Shown: positions 43,429 through 58,130, counted from the stretch's first letter. The stretch is DNA of 64,000 nucleotides from Lama glama (GCA_028534125.1 CM052817.1:38006001-38070000); one strand, 5' to 3'. The notes: generated by a model from the sequence alone, not told the origin. Numbers and translations are program-made.

Positions 43429-45859
43429 TGATTTTCCTCCCACAAATCAATGAGAGTGACTGGGTGCCCCCTGGGAAGAACTGAAAGATAGTTAGAATGC
43501 AGAAGAACACGCAAAGCTCTTAATTTTCCTTCTAAAAGCTACCTTCTTCTAGCTATGTTTTAAATTGCATTTCTTTTTTAGGATTTCCTATGAAAGATGG
43601 TGATTTAGTCCAACAAACCTTGGCTGTCCAGGAAACACTTCCATTTGTTTTTGTTCAGTTGTTAGCATCACCCCTGTCTCCTCCTTTATGCTTAATTACC
43701 AGCCTCTCTTGATGCATACTAAATAACAGAAAACTTAATAGAGGATGAATAGCTTTGCCTCTGTTCCATTGATAAGATGCCTTTTGTTAGTAAAGTGTGG
43801 TACTAGGAACATTCTAATTATAAAGCTTTTACGAGGCCATTGGTGCCTTTGTGAAGTCTTGCATAAATTAGATGAAAAAATATGCATATTCCAATAAGGA
43901 CACTATTTTAGGTTGGTTCTAAATTGACTACCACAGTAAGATATATCTCCATATTTTACATCAAGACATAGCTTAGGCGTAACTCTTGTTAATTTTTAAA
44001 TTATATTTCTATCATTTAATATCTTCTCTCTAATCACTTTCTTCTGTGCCTTTCTTCTTTCCTCTGCGGAGCCATGTAGGAATGTCTCCTTGTAGGAATG
44101 TCCTTTTGTTCTGCTTTGAAATGTTACTATCAGGAATATCACCTCCTCCCAGAAACATCAAAACCTCCTCAAAATCTTTGAACACCTGTGCTAAATGATC
44201 TCATTTTCTTTTACATAACAGCTTCAAATTACTTTGTTTGAATTGGTCCTTAATCTTCTATTTGAAATACTCTTTTTGCTGGTTTGTTTTCTTGTGAACT
44301 TCTCAGTACTCTAGGGTATTCTTGCCTGAGCATATTTTTGCTTTGTTTCGGCTTCTTTCCCTCTGCTTTGTTGTGTGCTTGCCCATGTCAGTGATGCTAG
44401 AATCAAGCTGGCATAATTCTTATCCCTTCATAATTCACTGGAGAAGTGGGAGCTGACAGATGGGGGTGAGGATCAGGTAGAATCAAACTTTATAGACACA
44501 CTATTCAGAAAGCCACTTTTCCTAGTAACCCAGTCCATAGGCATTCAAAACTTACAGAGAAAACAGTTCAGAGGTGAATGTCTCTCTAGTGTGAAGACTG
44601 AGGTGTAACGGTCCTTGATGACATTTTCTTAAGATCCACTCTCTTAAGCAATTTTACGGTGATGCTGAGATTTTAATTGGCTTCAAATTAATTTTTAGTC
44701 ACTTGATTTGATTCTTACAAAATAAAATCCCTAAAATTAATTATATTTGAGTTTAATTCTAATACTCTTAAAACATACAAAAAAAGCTATTGTTCTTATA
44801 ACTAAACAGTAGAATCTCTTCCAGCTTCTCACGTCTTTCAAAGATGTTCTTGGGGTAGAATGAAATAATGAAATAATTAGGAGAACATATGATATATACA
44901 TATATGATAAGTATGAGAATTTTTTTCTCTGATGATTTTTGAGAAAATATTTTAGGTTATGTTGATAAAAATTTTAGACAAATTATTTGAAATTGTGGCT
45001 CATTTATTTTGATAGCTCAAATCATGTGGGATGTTTATTTTTCCTTACATCTAATGTAATGTGTATAATCTGTTTTTAATGGATTGTGGCCTAGAGTTTA
45101 ATTGGAGTCATAAAGTCTGCATTTGTAATTCACTTGTAATTATGTTGCCTGTAAAAGAGACAGTAGCTTAGACTCTGTGACAACATATTAATGAACAATA
45201 TCAATGAGTTTTTAAGTTACTTTTAACTTTTCATGAAAAATTCCTTTGAAGGCTAGAAAGACAAAATTTAGGGTACTTATATGACCTGAATCTTTTTCTC
45301 AACCATTTCAATATTGTCAAAATAATAGAGGAAGAAAATTTGAGATCAATGGAGAGGGATAAAGGAGAAACTGCAAGAGAACATGATGTCTTCAGGAAAA
45401 AGAGAGAGCAGAGAAATGCTGTGTGTTCTCATCTGTTAATCATACTATAAGCTGTCTTATCGCATGTTTCCCAAAGTGTCAAAGAACCAAAATAAAAAGA
45501 GAAGAAAGAGCATATGGATGCTATCATAACTGTAAGAGAAAATTATTCGTGTAACAATGAAGTTGAACATTTAAAAAATGGAATGTCGAGGTTAATAGTG
45601 ATCTATTTGTGGAATAGTACATCAAGATTTCGAAGTTACAATTGCTCAAATTATTTGCAAGTTCTTATTCAAATGATGTTCAGAGCCAAAAGTATGTGCC
45701 CCATACAGAGCACAAAGGCCACATTTTAATGTCAGTGCTTTTCCATGAAACAGTTGAAAGGCATTTCTAACTCCGTTCCAGTCAGTGCTCATCAGGAGGA
45801 CTCCAGGACCATCACAACTGCGATTTATCGAGTTGTGTGCGTCTTCACAGGTATGAAAG

Positions 45860-46075
45860 ATGGGCCAGGTGTAAATTTCTGTTCTGCCACTTACTAGCTG
45901 GCCTCGGCCAAGTTTCTTAACCTCTGCTCAACTCAGTTTTCTTACCTAAGGACAGGGAACAATCATACATACTGCAGAGTGTTCTTCTGAGAATTTAAGG
46001 AGTTGACGCACATAAAGTACTTAGTACAGTACTTGGCAGCCAGTAGAGATCATATAAATTATTATTCTCATGATT
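45860..46075 (+). mobile_element. MIR SINE
   Basis: tctgccacttactagctg...caagtttcttaacctct...ctcagtttt...taaagtacttagtacagtacttggca. Confidence 0.75.
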
Positions 46076-46859
46076 ATTACTATCACCATTATGAGTCTTA
46101 CATGTAAGCCTTTACTACCTTTTGATATTAGGAAAGATGGATGTATTTGGTGAAAAAGACCAGATGGCCAAGGAACTACAGAAATACTCTACATTGTTTT
46201 AAAAATCACTAAAATTTATCTAGTTCCTACAAGATTTTAAAATGTTGGTCCTTTTTTTGCCGATGTATAGCCACCTCTACTTTGCCAAGTGTAAGAGAAT
46301 TCAGTGCCATTAATTTAAACCAAAATAAAGACAAATTACAGAGCTCATAGATCCTCGTTATAACTCTTTAAGAAACTAGGGTAGAGTGCGGGCTGTCTTG
46401 GGGAATCAACTTGAAGGTTTTCCTATGCTCTGTTGGAGGGAAATAGGAGAACAGCGAGGGTCAGTTGCCTTGTTCCTTACCAGATTCTTGAGTTTAGAGA
46501 CCGGGCTAGGATTGAGGGTGGCTCTCACCCAGCATCCCCAGATGGGGTTGGGGGATGGCCACACTTCAGGAGTGTCATTGTGAACTGCAAGCTAAGGGAG
46601 AAATTGTTTAACTATGTCTCAGGGCATTTACAAAGGGAACTTACGACCATAAAATGTGACCATTTTTTTAAACGGTTTCATTTCTCTCAGCAACTCCAGA
46701 GCACCCTGGGAAAGCTGCTGAGTGCAGGAGCCCTACTGATGGCTCCCGGAGTTGTTCTGCAGTGCTCGGGGTCGGGGTCGGGAGAGGGGTGGCAGGAGAG
46801 GAAAAGGAAGAGGGCGGGGAGGGGATGGAGATGTGCTCAGCCACTAAACCAAAGACATC

Positions 46860-49220
46860 AAAACTCAAAGTAATCATCATAAGGAAGCCAACTGAAAACT
46901 TACAGGTTAAAGGAGGACGGTCCTTTTCTTCTTAATTCATGATAAGAAGGAAGGATCCAGACTGACATGAGAGCCACTGTCTGAGAGGGGACTGTGCCGG
47001 GGTTCAGGCTCACGGCCAGCAGTGATGAGGTCCCTTTTGGAGGGCTCTGTCTCAGGGAGGCCGAGATACTGTTCTAAAGGGTCAAAACATTGCTCTGGGA
47101 ATGTGGACAGAGTGCAGGATGTACCAATCAGGCAGCTGGTATCCGAAAATCCTGTTCTCCAGTTGGCAAGCCCCAGGTGCTTGAGAACCCAGAGGAGGGG
47201 TGGCAGGGGACCCAGGGCCTTCTGTGTGGTGGCTGAGCCAAAGCTGCAGGAAAGACTGCTAGAACAGAGGCAGGGGACCTAGGCTCCAGATTGATAGACC
47301 GGAGAGACGGGCTGCGAATGTTTTGTTGAGAATTCGGGTACCAATGCCATCCATGTAGAGACCATGGAAAAAGGTGTGACTAATCCAGTCAGTTTGGATG
47401 GGGTGATTAGGGAAGAAAGGCCAATGTAAGCTTGTTTATTATTTCTTACCCAATTCAAGATTAATTCAGGAATTGGGACAAGGCTGGGTGGGAATTTAAT
47501 CTACCTAGATAGACCCTGAGTTAAACAACCTGGTCTTCAGCTCCCCAGTGAGAGAATAACCTGGGAAACACAATAACGCTTATGTGAGTTAGTGCTGAGT
47601 TTCAAGTACAGTGAGCGCTTAGCAAGCGTAAGCCCAGAAGAGTCAGTAATGTCACACGTGTACTGTCTGTTTATAAACAACATAAGGTAATTAATAAAGC
47701 CTTAAATGTTTTATTGTTATTCATATTTCCTATTTCATTACTTTAGGGATTATATTATTTTTTGCTGACAGTGAACAAATTTATAGGAACAAGCTAACCT
47801 ATTTTAAGCTCTTTTATTGCAAGGCCATCATAGATTTCATGCCCTTTGAGCAGAGTTATTCTTGACATTATTTTAGCTATTTTTCTGTCTGCCTTTGTGT
47901 CTTATTGGTCATTACCAGAGTGAGCACATGGAAGGAATGCCCAACCATGCAGGAAATATGCATTATTTTCAACCTTCTTGTGACATAGGTATGTAAATTT
48001 TAATGTTGCATATGTCTGGAGATCTGTTCAAAGTAAATCTTAAATGAGAGCTTAAAGATCATTGTAGAATGGTTTTGTGCTGCACTTCAGCAAATATCAA
48101 CATTCAGAATGTGAGCTGTACAATTGTGAACAGTGACAGGGACACAGGTTGAGAAACCATGATGAGGAAAGTAGAGTAGGGCTGGGCGTGGGGTCAGAGG
48201 CACTGAGAAGAGAATCAGAGGCCTGTGGCACAGAGTCTGGAGCTTGGTCTGAGCAATCCAGCTTGAGGGCTGACTGAGGTGTGGACAAGTGACATAGGGA
48301 AGCAGGTAAGACCAGTTCAGGAGAGAGACATGGAGTCCAAGTTTAGAGGCCTGAGCAGATACCACCCTAATGGGCATTCACACAGTGATGAAGCTAAGAA
48401 TATTTTCTGATTGCAGTGCAAAAGTCAAGCGCAGATACTCTTGGAACAACCCAGAGATTAGCAACAGTAGGAAACCTCGAGCAAGGAGATGGTTCACTGG
48501 AGCCCAGGGATGGGTGGTGATGGCCTGTCCAGTTGGAGCTGGGTTATAGACACAGAGGAGATACAGCTGCTTTGGGCAAGAGAAATGGCAAGAAATGGCC
48601 TGGCTTCTCCCCACTCCCCCCATCTCCTGGTAGCATCTCCCTCCTCGTGGCTGAAACCAGCCCTAAACCAGCTGACAGGTGAGGCTGGGAAGTGCAGCCT
48701 GCAGCGGCCGGCCGCCTGAGACACAGAGCAGATAAAGGAAAGGTGAGGACTGTATCTGTGGGCGAAGAGGCCCAGGGCTGGCACTCGCCCATTCATTCTT
48801 TCCCCACTTGTAGCTCCAAAACCTCCAACTTAGTAAAACTAAAGTGGCCAATGGTCAGACATTGATCTGGAGAGGAGAAGACTGGAGGTTGGAAGGGGTA
48901 GTTGCTCAGGGGCTTCATTGGGTAAAAGTGAAGTAAGCCTTTACCCTAGAAACTCCTAGTAACTGTTTCATTCCCTCACATGTCTTGTGATTTCTTGGCA
49001 TAAGAGCATCTCTCATGGCGTTTTCAGCTGAATGTGTGGCCTTCCTGTCTTCTATACATTGGTGTCACCTTTTCAGCTGTTTGTTGCATGGCTGGTGAGG
49101 AGCCTGCGGCTTGCTGAGCCAACGCAGGACGACATGTGCTCGGGGGACGAGGGGCTCGCCATCTGTTCCCCTGCAGGTGTCTTGCATTCTGCTCTTCTGC
49201 TGCCAAGTAGGTGAAATACA
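46860..49220. mobile_element. GC-richer block, probably several degenerate LTR relics
   Basis: Compositional shift and LTR-like tracts; families not identifiable by eye. Confidence 0.3.
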
Positions 49221-52200
49221 CACCAAAGGCCTCTATCATTCTTTCTTTGCACTCAGTCTCTTCATTATTTCTTCTTTGTCTTTCCTTCTCTTGTTAGCCC
49301 TTTCTCTTTCTTTATCCAGCTCCTACAGAGCCATCCACATAGGTTTTGATTATTAACAGTTAAGTATTTATGCATTCACTCTGTAAATATTTATTGAAGC
49401 CAAACTGGGTGTCCCACACTGGCCTAGGAGCTGGTGATTCAGCAGTGAGTTTAAAATAAACAAGGTTCCTGCTTTTACTGATTATCTAATTCTCTTAAAT
49501 ATATTTATTCAGTTAGTAGCTAAGGGAAGTTTTTATTGCTTGGGAAACTTATAACTTATCATCTCTGGGCATAAATCCCTCCAAATGTGGGTTATCTATC
49601 TTATTTGACTATCTTATTTAACTTGCTTGGTATATAATAGTCTGAATGTAAGAAGAATCTGTAATAACTTGTCCCTTTCGATGTTAATCAGTTATAACTA
49701 AATTGCAAGGACTGTCTTTCAGTTCTTAACCAGATGTGCATCAATTGCTTTTAATTATATTTTAAAAATTATGATAGTCTATCTCTAGCTGTGCTATTTA
49801 AAAAAAACTATTTGGCTTTGAATATAAATCAATGTCCTGATCATGTTCTAGCAACAGAAATGTGTAGGTTATTATTGAATAATCAAATAATCCTGCAGTT
49901 AGCATACTAAGTAAAGGAAAGGCTTCACGTGTGGTTTAAAGATTCATCTATAAATATACCAACTATCTGGGGTCTTCAAACAAAATTCAGGTGAATGAGA
50001 GGGATGGTGGGAAATTATTCTCCTTCTTTACTTCTAACTCACTTGAATATATCTTTGCAGTGAAAGCTAGTATCATTTGATTGTGCACATCACGTGTTAA
50101 CTTGCTCTATTACCTATTTCACGAATGAGTTATTGTTTGTATCATCTTTATCGTCACTAACTATGGTTTAGCTAGTTATCTTCCACTGAATTCTCCTGAG
50201 TCCATAAAAAGTTCCTAAAAGAATGTGGGAAAGAATAGGCTTATAAACATATTCAATTATAAACCTATTAAATACATCCTGCTAGACTCAGAATGTTAGG
50301 AATGAGAAAAAAATATGAGCTGCCCTGAATATGAATTTGATGCATCTACTAATCAAACAGCCCCTCAGTAGTTCACTTTTTGGTGATAAACCACTGAATA
50401 AAATGTGCCTGTGCTTGCTTCAAGTATTTTATAATCTCTTTATTAAATCGGTGAATCTAACACGGTTAAACATGAAGTATCTAGAAGAGATGATTTAAAA
50501 GACTTATTCATGAAAACAGCTCTCTGTGTAGCCTGTATCTCTCCCATTGAGAGGAAATGGGATTAAAGTCTTTGTAATTGACATTTCCCTTTGGTGAATG
50601 ACATCACAAGGTTAGACTGTGTCCTCAAGAGAGCTTTTGAATAAGTCAACAGTCTGAAATTCAGAAACTACTGTTCTTGTTTCTTCATTTCCCCCAGGGG
50701 ACACAGACACATGCATAAAGGGTTAATAGATTTTGTTTTGGTATGCTTTTAGTGTGCCTGAGAAGGAAGCCAGTTTGGATATGAAGTTTATTATATACAG
50801 TTTAATAGAAACTCTCAAACTGTAAAAAAAAAAACTTTTGAATATTTAAATAAATATAACATGCAACATTTGAGTTATTTAAGAATTTTTGAGGACTAAT
50901 CTGAAACCTTTATTGGGGAAGAAAAGTCTATTTCACCAAAATAATACGAAAATTAGTTTCTCTTAACATTTCATAGGTAAGAAGCCTGTATTGCTTTTCA
51001 TTAAAACAAAAAGACTCCGTGGTGTTATGTCTCTGATTATGACCTGGGATTTTATTAGTCATCTTATTACTAGTTTGTTTCTTAATGATAGATAGGGACA
51101 TTCTTTTTTAGTAAGAAAAAAAAAATCCCTTTACTTTTCTTCAGATTCTTTCAATCATACTTTTTTCCCTTGGATTAAAATTTAGAAAACTTATAAAGGG
51201 TTTTTTCTTTTCATATTTGCAACTAGACATATCACTGTATGTGATAAAACACATAAATTGAGTTTTCTCAGGAAAGTCCTATGTGGAGCTTTTGTAAAGG
51301 AAATTATTCTCAAAAACATTTCTCAGATTACTTCTTGCATTTTAATAATATCAAAAACTGTAAGTAAATTCTCTTAAATATTTCCACAAGTAGGACAAAC
51401 TACCCCATTTTAGAGCAGGGAAAAGAATAATTAACAATAGTGCCTCAAATATTTAATCTCAGTAATTTCATTTCCATAATACGCTAAAGCATTCCTTATG
51501 TGTTTTAAATTTGACAGTCAGTCTAAGTGTTTCCCAAGTGCTTATCACTAATCTGGTCTATAATTGGGGTGCAGGCCACTGGTGACCTTTTGCCATTAAG
51601 AGTTGGAAAGACTGAGGTTACTGAGTGATGCTGTAAGGTGAAGCATTAGTCTGCTCTCTCCATTCTAAAATTGCCACCATTTAAATTCTTTTTTCAGACT
51701 AAATGTTCCTGTGAATCCTTTAAATACGATTTATTCTACGCACAGGAGTTAATAAATTGGCCGACTCCCTCTCTCAGCTCTTCTCTCCATCTGTCCTGAC
51801 ACAAGGACTACCTCTTTGAGTCTTACAATTTCTTATTTATTGCAGCGTGCCCCATGCTGTGAAAAAGCTAGCGTGACACCCTGGCAGGCTTTATCTGAGA
51901 AATAGTTTAGTGCCATCTACCTGTCAGAGTAGACCCTTTAAGTGTGGAGTTGAACTCTAAGTAGGTTTATTATGCTTGGAATGTATATAAATTTAGAAAT
52001 AACTAGGAAGAAACATGAGCTACAATGGATATGAATTTGATGCACTCCAATTACGTATGTAATTATAGAAAGAGCAATTCATATTTTTTGATTCTCATTT
52101 GCTCGGTGAAAGTTAAATCAGTGTCTCAGATTCCTAATATCTGCCGCTTGTGGAATTCCAAATTTCCATCTGTTCATGCTGATGTATTCTTTCAGCTGCA

Positions 52201-55200
52201 AAATGTGAGCAATTTGCTAATTGCCTTCTAGAGAAAATATGACTTACATTACCGTTCATATGCCCAGTGCCTCGGCTGTTAGAGTGAAGATAGCTTTTGA
52301 ATCACACTGGGATTGTTCTGCCATGTATTATGTTGGCAGGAGCTTGTCAAAATGTTTGTTGTAGACAGACTTAGCCACCTGCTTTAAGTGGCCCCTCTTC
52401 CTCCATGACTTACAAAAAGAACATATACTTCACTCAAATACTAACTCATTTGTCTCTTATTTTAGCAAATTGTTCTACTGAAGGAAAAATTCTCAATTTC
52501 AAATCTTTGGGATATTCAGAATCCACTGAACATATACAGTTCTTAGGTGTCAAAACTGAAAGAGTTGAGTAGCTCATTCTCAGGAGATGCCTGTTTTGAT
52601 GACTGATTGAATCTATGCTCAGGTTTTTCTCTTCATATATTATCTTGAGCCCTTTAGGCAGTGAATATTGTTAATCTCTTGAATAGACCAGGGAGGGAGC
52701 ATTCTTTTAAAAATGTGGGAAGGGAACAGAAATTATTTTTCTAGAACATTCCATAGCTGGTGCTCTCTGAAAGCCTGCGTTATAATGTCCTGTCACGTTC
52801 TCCCAAATCTATGATTTTTTTTTCTTCTTTCCTAGATGACTTCTTAGGTATTGTGAGAATCTCAAGGGAGCAGGCATTTGTGAGAGTGTGTTTTATTTTC
52901 TCAATCTTTTCATTCGGGAAAGAAAGAAATTATTCAATTGAGGCATCTGTCTAGGATGCCACAAAGTAGTGTAACCCATAAACTGTGGGAGAGAAGAAAG
53001 CAAGTAATGCTTTCCCCCTTATAGAGCTATTCCTAAGAGAGAAGCAAAGAAGTCAATATCGGAAACTGTCAGGTTTTCTGTCAATGAAAACGTACCACGT
53101 TTTATAGTAAGAAGAAGGCTAGACAGCAGAAAAGAAAAGCGGGTCAAGGGAGAGAATCTCCGTTAGACAGCTCTGTCTGAAGTTAAGTAGAAGTCATCAA
53201 AATGCCTAAACTCTAGGAAACATAACTTGGTAATTTGCATTCCTGCCTGTTTGCCTACCTGCGGTGTTTCTAAAACAATCAAACTAGACCGTTCCCTCTC
53301 TCAATTTTTGTCTGCCATTAAAGAATCTCCTTGAACCTACTGTGTGTATGAGTTCAAGGGCCACTTTGAGGCGTCCCTGCCCACCCTCGTATCATCATGA
53401 ATGTTTTCAATATAGAACCTTTACTGATAAAGAAACTGATACTACTCTGCAGAGGTGGCGACAGTTTCTTCAAGGCCCACACATTAGTTATTACACATAA
53501 ACCTTGGAATTTGAAGGCCACCCCAGTTCTATTCTCAGCAGTAATGCTTATTTGGTGGGGAGCCCTGTTCAAGTTTTTTAATCTGCTCTGGTTTGCTATT
53601 CAAAATGTTTTCCTTTGCCCCATCTCTACCAGATTCAATGAGGTTTAATTGCATGATGAACTTTTTAAAAGTATATTCTCCTTTTTCAAAAATCCCAAAA
53701 TAGGCACATGCCCATCCTGCGCAATTCAACATAACAAATATGTATTTCTTCCGTGGGCTATGTTGACCGCTGTTCCACAGCTGAAGATGCACGAATGAGG
53801 GAAACACTTTCCCGCCCTGCGGAGCTCACAGCCTTGCACTGAGCTCTCTTGCCCGGCAGTCATTTCCCCCAGAGCTTCTTTAAATGCGCCTCCGAGGGCT
53901 TGTGAAAAACATACTGCATGTATGTGCCTGTAATTGTGGGTGTACGTCTTCTTAGGGATGTAGTGCATGGGCTTTATGAGATTTTTAGAGCTTTCACCTC
54001 CAAATTTAATTCTTAATATTTTAAAAGGCGCTAGTCTGATGCAGAAAGCTCTGGATGAGGGGGCCCAAAAAAATACGTGTAATTTACTGTTGACTGTCAG
54101 TCATAGAACCAAGAGAGTAGTGTCCTTAGAACATCTCAGGTTGTATCCTTGAGGTAGCTTTTTATTTGTACAGAAAGACCCTTTTCATCTATAAAGGTCC
54201 TACTTTTTTTAGGTCGGGGATGTAGGGGGAAGCGACAGGTAAATATAAAGCACCATGCTTTCAATTTCCATTATGACTTCTGAAATTAATTGAAAATGTG
54301 GAAAAGGTTCCTGTGATCCTAGGCAAGTTGTAAATGGAATTTCCTCAAGAAATGGGGATTAATAGCCAGTGTCTGCTTTTCAAGTAACTGTCTCATTTTT
54401 CTTGTGCTGTGGAACTTGGCTGTGAAAGGTTCTATTAACAGGTTGGTTTACAGCTTCATGATGGCCCTGTTCTGCAGTGAAGAGCAGGTTTCGTAAGAAT
54501 GACTGGTCCCACTGTCCTCATAGCTTGCTTCCATTTTGTTTCTCCTACTTGGGGACTGACTTCCTTTGTACTGTCCATTTTTCTCTGCCATGTTTGTCCC
54601 CAAAGATTTCTGTTTTTTCTTTGTCCATTTTCAAAGAAAGTAGATATGCTGTTTATTGCAGCTTAAGAGTGAAACAAACGAATGGACAGCAAAAAACACA
54701 TAAAAAGGCCTAAATTCTTCACTATGCAGGGGGGATGATAGGGTCAAGCTATTCAACCATCTTGTTTCAAAAGTCATGCTTAGAGTTGGTTATGTCATCA
54801 AGATTGAGAGGTAAGTTGAGGTTTCGCATTCTAGGATAGAGGGGAAATAATCAGGAAGTATAATCCTTAATGATGCTGAAAATGAATGTGTGGTCAAGTG
54901 AAAACAAAGTTATGAGGGATGTTTATTTTGACCTTTTTTAGTCCCAAATTAAACCTGTAGGGATGAAGTCATGTCTTCAGAACCAAAAGCCTATTGGACT
55001 AGAAGTTTGAGGAGCTGCAGAATCAGAAAAGGGGTAGCCGGGGAGCATTCCTGAGCGCTAAATCATAGTAACCTTCAGATTCAGGGAAAAGGTTGGATCT
55101 GAACATTTTCTTCCCAAGTGTGGAACCATTGCTTAGGCCCCAGGGCATCCATTATGTGTGAGAAGAGGGTAGAATGGACTCATCCAATGAGGAGACAGAA

Positions 55201-55298
55201 TATAGAAAAGGTTACAGTCCCTTTTTATAAGTCTATTAAAAGTTTATGGTCTTTCACAGAGTATGTGCTGTAATAAAATTATTATGTCCCTTTCTAAT

Positions 55299-55353
55299 GG
55301 CAAGACAGTCATAAGAATGATAAAAACCACTTCTATAACTTGCTGCAGGTTTA
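55299..55353 (+). repeat. 55-bp dispersed direct repeat, copy 1
   Basis: 54/55 identical to 56946-57000. Confidence 0.95.
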
Positions 55354-56945
55354 ATTTAGGACTCACAGAGTCGTTTATGGAATAATAGCACACAGTATCT
55401 TGTGAAAGAACAGAATTTGTTGTTTATGAAGAAGGGCTTGTAACTGATAACCAAAAGAAACTCCCCACAGTTTCTAACTCCAGGGAGGATCTGACTTCCA
55501 CTTTTACGTGCATTTTGAAACCGAACTCTTTTCATGTTCCTCTGAAAGAAGTGAGGGATAAAACAGCTATGCTTCAGGCACTTTTTCTCTAAAGTTCCTA
55601 TCTAAGATGTTTGTTGTTTTGGACTAAGTCCAGCAGAAAGCATTTTTGGTGACTTCATTTCACGACATATGCACCAGAATGCTGTTATCATGGGACAGCA
55701 ACCTGTCACCACTTCTTTCTCTGAAGCAGGCTTGCTCTTGTTCTCGGCTCCATTGCCTTGTGACTCCTATTTAATCACAAAGAGAAGTCTGTTCCTAGCC
55801 AGGGTTCTTACACACACACTCACAGAGAAGTTCTAAAGTAATGGGTAGCTCCCCGACAAATAGAGGCTTTAGCAACAAGCTAAGCAAAAAAATTGGACTT
55901 GCTGTGAGTTAATTTATAATACTGTGGCATAAAATCTAGCTTCCTCAAACCACGGGGTTCTAGGCAATGGGAGTGACGAAGAGCTACGGAATGTGGGGAC
56001 CAAAGTCATGATGCGGCTGGATAGGAGATCACAGTGGAAACCACTCAGGATCCACAATTAGACCTGGACTCAAGATTTTATTCTACTGTGGACACGTTCA
56101 CTTCTTTCACTCCCTAAATTTTCATTGAGCTTCAATTACATATGGTCACTGAGGAATCATTAACTGTAATAAAAAGACCTAGTTCCCATTATTTAGTTGC
56201 TTATAATACAGTAGGGTTGATAGATAAGTAAACGAAAAATTTTAACCACTCTGGTAAATTCTACGGCAAGGAAGCACAAGGTGCTACAGAACTGAAAAGA
56301 ATAGTATGTTACTCATCTGTTACTGGACAGATGAGGCTTTCTGGAGGAAGGAAAGTCTTAAATGGGACACAAAGGATGGACAATAGTTGACCAAATGAAA
56401 TGGAGGTTGAGGGTAAGATGGTCTACACAAAGGAAGCAACCTGTTCGAAGGTCAGGAGAGAAGAGAGGTCTTCCTGCAGTTCCTGTGAGTAACTGTGTGT
56501 GAGGTAATTCAGCATGACCAAGGAGAAGACCAGGCCAAGAAGCACCGTCAGTCACTGCCGGGGAGCACCCACACTGAAAGCAGAAGGAGTGACGGTAGGA
56601 ATATTAATCAGAGATGTATGTTTTAGGTGGACCATTCTTTCTGATGGGTGGGATGATGACTATGAGCAGAAAGACCATTTAGGGAGTAGTTGAGATAATG
56701 AACTTCAGGGGCAGTAGGGATGACAAAAGAATGACAGATTTCAAGATTTTTTTGGTGGTATAATTGTCACAACTCATCTTCATCTATGAAATGTCTTATC
56801 TAACGATGTTTTAAGAGATAAGATATTATATGTGAAAATGCTCAATAAACTTTGGAAACACATGATGCTACTAAAGAGGGACTTTTTAGCTTGTGGGTGT
56901 AATTGAAATAGTTTCAACCTGATAGTTTTAACCTATATGACCTGA

Positions 56946-57000
56946 GGCAAGAGAGTCATAAGAATGATAAAAACCACTTCTATAACTTGCTGCAGGTTTA
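56946..57000 (+). repeat. 55-bp dispersed direct repeat, copy 2
   Basis: 54/55 identical to 55299-55353. Confidence 0.95.
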
Positions 57001-57580
57001 TTTCTGTCTTATTATTTCGGTCTTATTTATTTCTATCTTATTAACAAAAAGCTCAATTAGAATTATTTTCTTTTTAAATTAGTCCTTAGACTATTTCATT
57101 ACTGAATGAGAAGACATGCTCTTTTTCAAAGAAGTTCATTATATGAAATGTACCAAGTGGAAAAATAGGGGTAATGATAATGCCTTATATTGGCACATAG
57201 TCCTCTGTGGCTGTGTTTGTAATGTGGAAACTTGTGATTCTCCGACTTCATCTTCCACAGCATACCTGAGAAACACAGTCGTCAATTCTTTATGGACATC
57301 AGCTCATCAGCACTCATCAAGTCAGTGATTTTTGATGGGATGTGTGGGGTACATTAGAATCTTGTGAGCAAATTATTCATTGGAAATAATCCTTCATCCT
57401 TAGGTGATTCTGTTCTTTACCCCATCATCACCCACCTCCCCAGCACCCTGTCCTCACCACGTATACCTTAGAAATGACTGTTCTGGGAGCAATTCGAGGA
57501 CAAGGCTTTTGTCTCATTCATTTACACCATCTATGTAACTACTTGCTCCTAGCAGTTCTCAGAATAATGAATTATTTCAT

Positions 57581-57634
57581 CAAGGAAATGTTTATTTTAT
57601 TAAGGAAATATTTATTAAATTAAGGAAATGTTTT
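57581..57634. repeat. 20-bp x 2.7 AT-rich tandem repeat (YAAGGAAATRTTTATTWWAT)
   Basis: Units at 57581, 57601 and 57621. Confidence 0.85.
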
Positions 57635-57999
57635 AATCACCTTCATATTGACTATTTTATTTAACCTTCCCATCCATGAACATATCCTATATTACCCCAG
57701 CCAAAAGAAGCCCTACTGCTACCTTGGGTACCTTTATTCTTATTTTACAAAATTTAAGGATGACTTTTACATAGTCCACAGCTAAAAACCTTGGTTCTAA
57801 ACACCAGTGCTTATTGCACTGTGTCACAATATCCTTTAAAAAGTTCTATTACTCTTCACAAAGGAGGTATTTTAATAATTCATGTATTGAGATTTAGAAT
57901 AGAAATGAATTTACAATAATATTTGTTATTTTTTTCTGATAAACATCTTGCATACAAATGTGGTACATGAATGTTCCTTATATAATGTGCCAAGTGAGG

Positions 58000-58130
58000 A
58001 AGGAGGGTGTAGCTCAGTGGTAGAGCATGTGCTTAGCATGCAAAAGGTCCTGGGTCCAATCCCCAGTACTGCCATATAAATAAATAAATACTTAATTTTC
58101 TCCTCCCCAATAATAAGTTAAATAAAAAAT
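58000..58130 (+). mobile_element. Camelid tRNA-Ala-derived SINE
   Basis: ggagggtgtagctcagtggtagagcatgtgcttagcatgc..ggtcctgggtccaatccccagtac with (taaa)n tail; degenerate TSD ataatgtgccaagtg / atagtgtttcaagtg (12/15). Confidence 0.9.

Noticed and set aside
58002-58074. Functional tRNA-Ala(AGC) gene
   Set aside because: The T-loop GTTC is mutated to GTCC and the acceptor stem is mispaired. It is followed by a SINE tail and TSD, and two related SINE copies occur in the window.
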